The notes under the pieces were generated by a model. The model searched no databases and was not told the origin of the DNA. It was given only the letters and a program-made list of their open reading frames with translations. Positions 17,352-23,575 of a stretch of DNA of 38,394 nucleotides are shown here, one piece after another (position 1 is the stretch's first letter; the number at the start of each line of letters is the position of its first letter). The position numbers and the translations under genes are program-made. Source of the stretch: a virus (Duplodnaviria; Caudoviricetes); the IMG/VR virus record IMGVR_UViG_3300044976_000003, positions 1 through 38,394 of that record. One strand, given 5' to 3'.

Positions 17352-17450
17352 TGTGGGCACATTTTCTATGGCTCCGGCTGTCGTTTAAAGTTAGCCTCCG
17401 GAAAAGGAGCTGAGACCCTACGAGAGGCACCTGGCTAACTCCCATCGCAA
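17346..17450 (-). ncRNA. Putative structured RNA element of unknown class
   Basis: Nested stems TTGCGATG/CATCGCAA, AGTTAGCC/GGCTAACT and CTCC/GGAG filling the intergenic gap. Confidence 0.45.
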
Positions 17451-17455
17451 ATATA

Positions 17456-17926
17456 CTACTCAGGCTTCTGGTTAAGCATCAATAGAAGCTCTTCCCGGGT
17501 GTATGTGTTTACGTCCTTCTTAGGAATCTCGATCTGCATGGGCGTAGGCTCGCCTTCCTCAGGAACTAACCCCTCAGGTACGATTCCATTCACAAATATA
17601 GCGGCAGCACCAGCATCTGTAGCGAGCTCCATGAAAAGTGTAGAATATGCCTCTGTCTGCTCGAATTCGTCCCGAAGCTCTTGTGACTTGATGAACCGAC
17701 GGCCGTCTTCCGACTTCACCCCATAGGCTTGGAGGATTATCTTCTTAAAGGTTTGGATGATCTGAGCGCCATCGTTCGAAGCCACGATTCGCTTAAGGGC
17801 CTCGGCAAGTCCGCCTTTCTCAGAGACCTCCAACTCGATCAATTCGGCCTTGGTAAGGTGGAAATAATAGTCCTCAGTGACTGTCTTGTCGTTGTAATTC
17901 TTGTATGTGATTGATTTCTTGAGCAT
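17456..17926 (-). CDS. Conserved phage hypothetical protein
   Basis: Start MLKKSITY with AGGAG RBS; YFHLTKAEL..AYG.KSEDGRRFIK. Confidence 0.8.
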   Translation of the reverse strand: MLKKSITYKNYNDKTVTEDYYFHLTKAELIELEVSEKGGLAEALKRIVASNDGAQIIQTFKKIILQAYGVKSEDGRRFIKSQELRDEFEQTEAYSTLFMELATDAGAAAIFVNGIVPEGLVPEEGEPTPMQIEIPKKDVNTYTREELLLMLNQKPE

Positions 17927-18231
17927 TAGCTCTCCTCTTGAACGATTGCCATTAGAATAATCAAGTAATTGATATGGTCGGTTATCTTCTCGTCCCATAT
18001 TACTTCTGGTATTGGGTCTCCCGAATTACACAAGTCATAAACGGAAATGGTGTGCTTAGCCATCATTCCAGCAAGAGCTTGCTTCATCGTAATACCTTGC
18101 AGATTGGCCGCAACTCGGAAATTATGAAGACGGTCGTGAGTCGTAGCATAAGCCGCGCCTTTCCCCATAAGAACATCACGGCAAACCGTGATCTGCGTTT
18201 CAACAATCTCATCGAACTTCTTGGCGTCCAT
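17926..18231 (-). CDS. All-alpha nucleotide-associated protein (DUF1599/Nmad1 or dNTP-diphosphohydrolase-like)
   Basis: KGAAYA..DRLHNF..EKITDHINYLIIL; start MDAKK with GAGGAG RBS. Confidence 0.55.
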   Translation of the reverse strand: MDAKKFDEIVETQITVCRDVLMGKGAAYATTHDRLHNFRVAANLQGITMKQALAGMMAKHTISVYDLCNSGDPIPEVIWDEKITDHINYLIILMAIVQEES

Positions 18232-18247
18232 ATTCTCCTCAGAAAAG

Positions 18248-18283
18248 AAAACCACAAGGATCTGTTACGATCCCTGTGGGTTG
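18248..18283 (-). terminator. Hairpin family D
   Basis: aaaaccacaaggatctgttacgatccctgtggg. Confidence 0.65.
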
Positions 18284-18301
18284 GGGTTACTCTATTGTTA
18301 G

Positions 18302-18514
18302 TCAGTCAACTAGGGTCGACACGACATCAGTGAACTCGTCGGCTCCGAAGGCGACCTCGGGCTTGCCCTTCTTTCCAATTGCGTAGGCCACCGCAAGACC
18401 AGCAACGCTGGCAGCAGTAACCGCAGCAACCTTCTTAAGGTTAAAGCGCTTAGTCTTCTTCGGCTCTTCGACGGGGGTCGTCTGAGCAGTCGTCTCAACA
18501 GTCGGGTTGGACAT
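18302..18514 (-). CDS. Small membrane protein (cassette gene)
   Basis: 70 aa with an Ala/Val transmembrane segment flanked by Lys; AAGGAG RBS. Confidence 0.75.
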   Translation of the reverse strand: MSNPTVETTAQTTPVEEPKKTKRFNLKKVAAVTAASVAGLAVAYAIGKKGKPEVAFGADEFTDVVSTLVD

Positions 18515-18539
18515 GATTTCTCCTTTTGAGTAGGGTCCT

Positions 18540-18565
18540 CATTATAGGCCATGTAATTTTTGCGA
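18540..18565 (-). promoter_or_regulatory. Phage promoter motif TCGC-N15-TATAATG
   Basis: cattata ggccatgtaattttt gcga. Confidence 0.75.
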
Positions 18566-18569
18566 AGAG

Positions 18570-18593
18570 AAAACCCTAGCACATGGCTAGGGG
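18570..18593 (-). terminator. Hairpin family B
   Basis: aaaaccctagcacatggctaggg. Confidence 0.6.
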
Positions 18594-18604
18594 ACTAGAT
18601 TTAC

Positions 18605-18730
18605 TTACTTGGACTTCTTACCTTTAACTTTCTGAGTGGCCGTGAACGTGCCTTGAATTGTATCGGATTTTGGGTCAATCTCCTCAAATATAAGCACGAA
18701 CGTCAGTTCCATCTTCTGGCCTTTAGGCAT
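18605..18730 (-). CDS. 41-aa peptide with a basic tail (not in the ORF track)
   Basis: MPKGQKMELTFVLIFEEIDPKSDTIQGTFTATQKVKGKKSK; GAAAGGA RBS; fills a cassette. Confidence 0.7.
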   Translation of the reverse strand: MPKGQKMELTFVLIFEEIDPKSDTIQGTFTATQKVKGKKSK

Positions 18731-18751
18731 GAGAATTCCTTTCTAGTATCT

Positions 18752-18777
18752 CATTATAGGCCAAGTATTCTATGCGA
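18752..18777 (-). promoter_or_regulatory. Phage promoter motif TCGC-N15-TATAATG
   Basis: cattata ggccaagtattctat gcga. Confidence 0.75.
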
Positions 18778-18795
18778 GACAGTCCCCAGAACCGC

Positions 18796-19551
18796 CTAAT
18801 AGTACCCCCTGATGGGAAAGGTAGAATACTCTATGGATATACAAGGTCGGTTGTCCTCAGACATACAAGCCGTGAATTTCAGCTCAAGGAGATCGTCTGA
18901 ATTCCAGCCTACTTCGCTAGAATATGCCGTAGGTTTAAGGCCGATCATCTCGTAGAATTCATGCAAAGAAGCATACGTATTGTTGATTATCATGTGGTTT
19001 AGATCATTTTGAGCCTTGCGCAAAGACTCCATATCAGACTCGAAATATCGTCCTGACATCGAATCGAAGCAAAGTACAGTGCCCGTACCAGTAACGAGTA
19101 CTTCTTTTGTGGATACTGGATTCTTTCGCACCCTATCCGAGGCGATTTCATCCCGAATCTCGATTGCCTTCTTCTCCCCAAGACGCTCGACAATCTTGTC
19201 TTTGTACTCCGAGAAGGCTCGCTCAGAAAGGGTGTAGGCAGTGGCAATAGCGGCTGCCCTGCGGGTGCCGATACGGTTCGCAGCGATGATACAGACGATG
19301 GTCATAACACCAGTACCAACTGCTGGAATATATAGCTGCCATACAAGTTCTACCTTATCCTTAGGCGTTAGGTCTATAGGCTCAACAATATCATTCTCAA
19401 GTTGACTAATAATATCAGAAGCTTTGAATGATGCCTTAGCTGTAAGGACGGCCGTAGTCACCGTACCGGTAACGCCAACAGCAGTTAGAATAAGCGGGGA
19501 ATTATCTCCTACAAGTTTTACGGCTTTGTGGAATAATCCGTTTAGATTCAT
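18796..19551 (-). CDS. Membrane protein (DUF6353-like)
   Basis: SPLILTAVGVTG, LYIPAV, ATAYTL..F..Y, SLHEFYEMIGL..VGW; start re-set to MNLNG. Confidence 0.75.
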   Translation of the reverse strand: MNLNGLFHKAVKLVGDNSPLILTAVGVTGTVTTAVLTAKASFKASDIISQLENDIVEPIDLTPKDKVELVWQLYIPAVGTGVMTIVCIIAANRIGTRRAAAIATAYTLSERAFSEYKDKIVERLGEKKAIEIRDEIASDRVRKNPVSTKEVLVTGTGTVLCFDSMSGRYFESDMESLRKAQNDLNHMIINNTYASLHEFYEMIGLKPTAYSSEVGWNSDDLLELKFTACMSEDNRPCISIEYSTFPIRGYY

Positions 19552-19569
19552 ATAGGTCCTTTGCCATAG

Positions 19570-19640
19570 AAAAGAAAAATAAGAAGGTCGGCCGTTACTT
19601 GCTGGGGGGCAAGTGTCGCCAGAGCTTGCGCTCTCCTTCT
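19570..19640 (-). ncRNA. Putative small structured RNA 1 (GNRA hairpin plus C-rich-loop hairpin)
   Basis: Own promoter; stems AGAAGG/CCTTCT, AGAGC-GCAA-GCTCT and ACTTGC-CCCCCA-GCAAGT; U-rich tail; no ORF. Confidence 0.55.
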
Positions 19641-19666
19641 CATTATAGGCCATGTAATTCCTGCGA
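19641..19666 (-). promoter_or_regulatory. Phage promoter motif TCGC-N15-TATAATG
   Basis: Identical to the 19780 copy over about 30 bp. Confidence 0.75.
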
Positions 19667-19670
19667 AGTG

Positions 19671-19779
19671 AAAAAGAAAATACCGCGTCTTAGCATCGTT
19701 TACTGGCCTGCATCTATTCCAAGATACATATCTGTTGCTACTGTTTACTGGGATGTTCCGTTCCCAAACAGTATCTTCT
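19671..19779 (-). ncRNA. Putative small structured RNA 2
   Basis: Own promoter; TACTGTTT-GGGA..TCCC-AGT-AAACAGTA stem; CCAGTAAAC present twice; U-rich tail; no RBS-led ORF. Confidence 0.5.
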
Positions 19780-19805
19780 CATTATAGGCCATGTAATTCC
19801 TGCGA
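19780..19805 (-). promoter_or_regulatory. Phage promoter motif TCGC-N15-TATAATG
   Basis: cattata ggccatgtaattcct gcga. Confidence 0.75.
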
Positions 19806-19809
19806 ATTC

Positions 19810-19834
19810 AAAACCTATACCCGAAGGTATAGGC
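19810..19834 (-). terminator. Hairpin family C variant with a UUCG tetraloop
   Basis: CCTATACCTTCGGGTATAGGTTTT on the minus strand. Confidence 0.7.
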
Positions 19835-19841
19835 CCGAGAA

Positions 19842-20078
19842 TCAATCATTACGACGATAAGATTCATTGATCATAATATGCGAAACAGTTCTGAATCCGA
19901 AATATGCTCCGATAACACATACAACGCCCTTGACTATATTTTTGCCTTGCTCACTGATAATTTCGTTAATTGTTTCAATGACTGGGGTCCCAATAAGCTC
20001 AGGTGGTTCGTATGGGTTTCCGGAGATTTCCTTCTTCGGTACCATCTCAACATACATTGCTCTATTCTTAAACATCAC
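19842..20078 (-). CDS. Small protein with a C-terminal transmembrane helix (cassette gene)
   Basis: GAAAGGA RBS, flanked by promoter and hairpin. Confidence 0.7.
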   Translation of the reverse strand: MMFKNRAMYVEMVPKKEISGNPYEPPELIGTPVIETINEIISEQGKNIVKGVVCVIGAYFGFRTVSHIMINESYRRND

Positions 20079-20092
20079 AATCCTTTCGTTCT

Positions 20093-20118
20093 CACTATAT
20101 GCGATGCTACGTTTGCGA
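20093..20118 (-). promoter_or_regulatory. Phage promoter motif variant TCGC-N15-TATAGTG
   Basis: cactata tgcgatgctacgttt gcga; family A-like hairpin abuts at 20119-20149. Confidence 0.65.
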
Positions 20119-20150
20119 AAACCATAAGCCCTTGTGGGGCTGTAGGTTTA

Positions 20151-20345
20151 TTAGAAAGATGCTTGAAGTAGTTCTTTAGCTTGGTACCTTTCATTGATTT
20201 CTTCTGATATGTTCAACATGTGCTGTTCAAAACTACGCATTTCTGCCTCATGGAATTCTGCTTGTGTCAGAACCAGTATGGTTAGTGCAATAGCTGCGAG
20301 CACGATGTACTTACAGATTGTATTCAAAGTATCCAAAAAGTTCAT
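20151..20345 (-). CDS. Small membrane protein (cassette gene)
   Basis: N-terminal transmembrane helix; GAAAGGA RBS. Confidence 0.75.
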   Translation of the reverse strand: MNFLDTLNTICKYIVLAAIALTILVLTQAEFHEAEMRSFEQHMLNISEEINERYQAKELLQASF

Positions 20346-20368
20346 TTTTTATCCTTTCGTTTATCTTC

Positions 20369-20394
20369 CATTAAAGGATATGATTTCTACGCGA
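20369..20394 (-). promoter_or_regulatory. Phage promoter motif variant TCGC-N15-TTTAATG
   Basis: cattaaa ggatatgatttctac gcga; family A-like hairpin abuts at 20395-20424. Confidence 0.65.
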
Positions 20395-20442
20395 AAACCA
20401 TAAGCCCTTGCGGGGATATGGCTTTGAGTTTCGGGGTCAATC

Positions 20443-20550
20443 TTAAAAATAGCTAAATTTTGCGATCACCAATACTGCAACTAAATTTAGTAGTACAATA
20501 GCAACGCAGATAATAAGAATCGCTTTAATTAGAGCCGTTAAAAATTTCAT
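20443..20550 (-). CDS. 35-aa hydrophobic peptide (not in the ORF track)
   Basis: MKFLTALIKAILIICVAIVLLNLVAVLVIAKFSYF; AAAGGA RBS; fills a cassette. Confidence 0.7.
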   Translation of the reverse strand: MKFLTALIKAILIICVAIVLLNLVAVLVIAKFSYF

Positions 20551-20566
20551 TGAAATCCTTTCTCCT

Positions 20567-20592
20567 CATTATAGGAGAAGTTTACTTTGCGA
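20567..20592 (-). promoter_or_regulatory. Phage promoter motif TCGC-N15-TATAATG
   Basis: cattata ggagaagtttacttt gcga. Confidence 0.75.
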
Positions 20593-20624
20593 AAACCATA
20601 AGCCCGTGTTAGGGGCTTAGAGGG
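20593..20624 (-). terminator. Hairpin family A
   Basis: aaaccataagcccgtgttaggggcttagaggg, identical to the copies at 5577 and 5886. Confidence 0.65.
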
Positions 20625-20632
20625 TCCGTGAG

Positions 20633-20815
20633 TTACTCGATTTCGGTGTAATACTCGTCGAACAGGCCTTTCTGCTTCAAGAATTCATTATGTTCCTTAA
20701 TTCCGCCTCGCTGGAGCACGGCAACTGTTGATACAACAGCTAGCGTGCCAAGCAAGATTCCGACCTTATGGTCATCAATAAATTCGATTACAGGGTTTGG
20801 CTTCCTTCGCTTCAT
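20633..20815 (-). CDS. Small membrane protein (cassette gene)
   Basis: Start re-set to MKRRKP; one transmembrane segment; N.FLK.KGL.DEYY tail. Confidence 0.75.
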   Translation of the reverse strand: MKRRKPNPVIEFIDDHKVGILLGTLAVVSTVAVLQRGGIKEHNEFLKQKGLFDEYYTEIE

Positions 20816-20839
20816 TTCACTTTCCTTTCGTAGGGTCCT

Positions 20840-20865
20840 CATTATATGATATGTAAGTTACGCGA
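20840..20865 (-). promoter_or_regulatory. Phage promoter motif TCGC-N15-TATAATG
   Basis: cattata tgatatgtaagttac gcga. Confidence 0.75.
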
Positions 20866-20910
20866 AAAACACTTTGTGGAAAAAATCCCCCCGGAGAAAT
20901 TTTTGGATTG

Positions 20911-20958
20911 AAAAAAAATAGAGGGTGTGCAAAGTGGTTAGCTCTACACACCCCCTAT
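20911..20958 (-). terminator. Strong intrinsic terminator closing the structural/late block
   Basis: ATAGGGGGTGTGTAGAG..CTTTGCACACCCTCTAT followed by a T8 tract. Confidence 0.8.
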
Positions 20959-20982
20959 ACGGGTTACCCAGATAGGGATTTT

Positions 20983-21267
20983 TTATCGAAATTTCACCAA
21001 TAACGGTAAGGCTTTTGACGTCATGACGTGTCCTCGTTCGTATGCGACTATTATGAAGATACTTACAAGATTACCAATGATGATAGCTTTAGTGTCCTTG
21101 CTCAATCGATCTGTTTTATCAATTTCTTTCAGAGCGTAGAGCTTCGACAATTGCTTGACCATCTTTGAATATTCTTTAGTATCCGCAGTGAATCCTTGCA
21201 TCTCATTCAGAACTTCGTCAATCGCGTTCTCAAGCCCAGTTGGTTCGATTGGCTGTTTCTTAAACAT
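20983..21267 (-). CDS. Conserved small protein with a C-terminal transmembrane helix
   Basis: Start re-set to MFKKQ after the GAAAGGA RBS. Confidence 0.75.
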   Translation of the reverse strand: MFKKQPIEPTGLENAIDEVLNEMQGFTADTKEYSKMVKQLSKLYALKEIDKTDRLSKDTKAIIIGNLVSIFIIVAYERGHVMTSKALPLLVKFR

Positions 21268-21288
21268 AATTTCCTTTCGTAGGGCCCC

Positions 21289-21314
21289 CATTATAGGATA
21301 AGAATACTTCGCGG
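21289..21314 (-). promoter_or_regulatory. Phage promoter motif variant CCGC-N15-TATAATG
   Basis: cattata ggataagaatacttc gcgg. Confidence 0.65.
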
Positions 21315-21316
21315 CC

Positions 21317-21553
21317 TTACGACTTATTACTTGTTGACACGATATAGAAAGATACGACGGATTTCGTCTCGAGTTCTTCTGGCGGATAGTTGAGGCTCAA
21401 TGAGAATACCCTATTACCATCCGCAAGCTCTGCGATTTCAATTTCACCAGCGGATTCGGCTTTATGTTTTCTTGCGCACGAGACCCAACCACTTAAAAAT
21501 CCTGCAATGCTGCAAACAATGGCAGCAACAGCGACCCACGTATCGTCAACCAT
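21317..21553 (-). CDS. Small membrane-anchored protein
   Basis: N-terminal transmembrane helix; GAGGTG RBS. Confidence 0.7.
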   Translation of the reverse strand: MVDDTWVAVAAIVCSIAGFLSGWVSCARKHKAESAGEIEIAELADGNRVFSLSLNYPPEELETKSVVSFYIVSTSNKS

Positions 21554-21564
21554 AGCACCTCTAT

Positions 21565-22764
21565 CTAGATTAGAAGAGATGTAAGACCGGGATATCCTCG
21601 GTCCCCATCCTTATCGTCCGTACGAATATACTCGCTTACCAGCATCTGCTCCTGGAACCCCATACGTGCAATAAGACTAACAATATCGCCTAGCTTGTAA
21701 TCGATTCGATACTTGTACGGCGTAGTCTCATTTATGGACCCATCGAACATGCGAGTACGTTTATATTTCTGGAGCTCGATTCGGCCTTTCTGAGCCCTTT
21801 GAGCATCACCGGTAGCTCTGAGAACTCCCGTATCATTGCTGTTTACATCTACAAAGAGGACTTTACGTTTCAAACCAGCCACGTTTGGATCGACTCCTGC
21901 CCCAACTACAGAGTTTGCTCCAGAGGACGACACCACTGTTGCGATGTTCTTGTAGTTCTGATTCGAGAACAAATACTTGGGTTCATCTATGTGCCCGGCA
22001 TCGTAATAGAATATAACTGGCGGTCTATCTAATTGCAGATGCGATCGATCAGTTCCGTTGTAAATATCAATACGCATTGAGTTAATCAAGGGTGTTACCG
22101 TCTTAATTGCGGTGCCTCGGGCAGCCGTATCGCTAACATCGAATGTGACTATAGTCCCCGTACTAGATATAGGTCCTAACGTGGTGTCCGGACGGATGTT
22201 ACGAACCCCGACAATACCGAGCTCTAATATGTTCTTGAAAATCTCGTATACTTGCCCTTGTTGAAACCACCACTGCGCTGGCGCCTCCACGACGTTCGAA
22301 CTATCTGTGATTACTAGGTTGGGGATAGCATTTAGAGGGTCCATCGTTCGAGCAGCTCTGGTCGGGTCCTGCCCGGTAGCGTTCGCCAGATGGTTCCACA
22401 CAAGAAGATCGGCAATCTCTGCTGTGGTATACGCTTGTAACGGTGCCCATTGCGTGTTGTAAACAGTAGCGACTAGCGCCCGATTCTCGAGGAATGTCTC
22501 TAATGTTCGACCAACAATTTTTAGCTCTGGGTATCCATCACTATCGTTTTCAATAGATCTGGTTTCAGCGATCATAACTTCATTACTATCTCGAATTCCA
22601 ATAAGAGAATCCTGAGGTATAAGAGATAGTGTATCGAAAACGTTAGACGTCCTAAGTTCGAATTCCCCACTTCCAATGAATCGCTCTGTCCAAATCATTG
22701 AGTTGTAGTTCTCAATGAGAATCGTTGGGAGATAAGTGACTGGATCTAATCTAAATATGTCCAT
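21565..22764 (-). CDS. Minor tail/baseplate hub protein (siphovirus Gp37-like)
   Basis: SMIWTERF..GEFEL and Y..DYKLGDIV motifs; follows the Dit-like gene; start MDIFRL. Confidence 0.8.
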   Translation of the reverse strand: MDIFRLDPVTYLPTILIENYNSMIWTERFIGSGEFELRTSNVFDTLSLIPQDSLIGIRDSNEVMIAETRSIENDSDGYPELKIVGRTLETFLENRALVATVYNTQWAPLQAYTTAEIADLLVWNHLANATGQDPTRAARTMDPLNAIPNLVITDSSNVVEAPAQWWFQQGQVYEIFKNILELGIVGVRNIRPDTTLGPISSTGTIVTFDVSDTAARGTAIKTVTPLINSMRIDIYNGTDRSHLQLDRPPVIFYYDAGHIDEPKYLFSNQNYKNIATVVSSSGANSVVGAGVDPNVAGLKRKVLFVDVNSNDTGVLRATGDAQRAQKGRIELQKYKRTRMFDGSINETTPYKYRIDYKLGDIVSLIARMGFQEQMLVSEYIRTDDKDGDRGYPGLTSLLI

Positions 22765-22765
22765 A

Positions 22766-23575
22766 CTAGATCCCCCAATATTGAGGATGGTAGAACACAG
22801 AACCCCATTCGAAAGTTTGGAACGTTGTGTTAAATATGTTTTCACCACCATGCAATAAGTACCAGGTTGAGTCCGCTGATAGCGCATAAATGATGTTTGA
22901 GACCACAGTAGTTCGTTCTAACTTCACTTCTCTAAAACCAGGTCTTGTATCAAATATGAGCTTGTCGCCTACCTGGAAATTGTAGTCTACCCGGAATCGT
23001 GATTTACCACCATCGTTCGAGATAGTCCACCAGGTCTGCGCTGCTGTCATAATAACTTCCATATGGAACCCGGAAGGCGCAGTACCAACATTATTGATAG
23101 TTGGAGTTACCTTGTTCAAATCAATTAAATATAAGAAATTATTTGTTTTCCAATACTTATCAACACAAGATATAGTGACTTGAACTTCCGGTGTTTGGCT
23201 GAATGGAGCGATCTCCATCTTCTTCACATATCCGGATGTATAGACAAGCGACGTGTCCTCGAGCATAATATCGACTCGGACGTTGTCAGCTAAACCTGGC
23301 GTTAGCGTGCCATATAGAGAATTCCTCAGATCTGCTACGCTTTGATTTGTTATATAATCAGGGTTCAGACCAATATGCAGCACAATCTCTCGAAGATTAG
23401 TGCGTCGGCCCTGATAATATCCGCCAGAATTCAACGCATCAACAATGGAGACATCGACTTCAGGAGGCCCAAGGCCATCGGCATTTTTGAGAATATACAT
23501 GTCCGATGGGTGCGCATTAACTATAGGTAAATCTATAGTATAGAGGCCGGTTAAACGAATCTTGGTGAACTTCAT
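22766..23575 (-). CDS. Distal tail protein (Dit-like)
   Basis: Immediately after the tape measure gene; GLGP, NVGTAPSG and L..GEN motifs. Confidence 0.8.
   Translation of the reverse strand: MKFTKIRLTGLYTIDLPIVNAHPSDMYILKNADGLGPPEVDVSIVDALNSGGYYQGRRTNLREIVLHIGLNPDYITNQSVADLRNSLYGTLTPGLADNVRVDIMLEDTSLVYTSGYVKKMEIAPFSQTPEVQVTISCVDKYWKTNNFLYLIDLNKVTPTINNVGTAPSGFHMEVIMTAAQTWWTISNDGGKSRFRVDYNFQVGDKLIFDTRPGFREVKLERTTVVSNIIYALSADSTWYLLHGGENIFNTTFQTFEWGSVFYHPQYWGI

Noticed and set aside
17346-17450. Fluoride riboswitch (GCGATGGGAGTTAGCC resembles its 5' end) or tRNA
   Set aside because: The 3' GCUxAUGAC..CUAC element is absent, and there is no cloverleaf or TTCGA arm
18310-18582. Track ORF of 90 aa, and extended starts such as 19653, 17362, 16436 and 6136
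   Set aside because: The N-termini (MAYNE.., YNED..) are translations of the promoter motif itself; the true starts follow the downstream RBS
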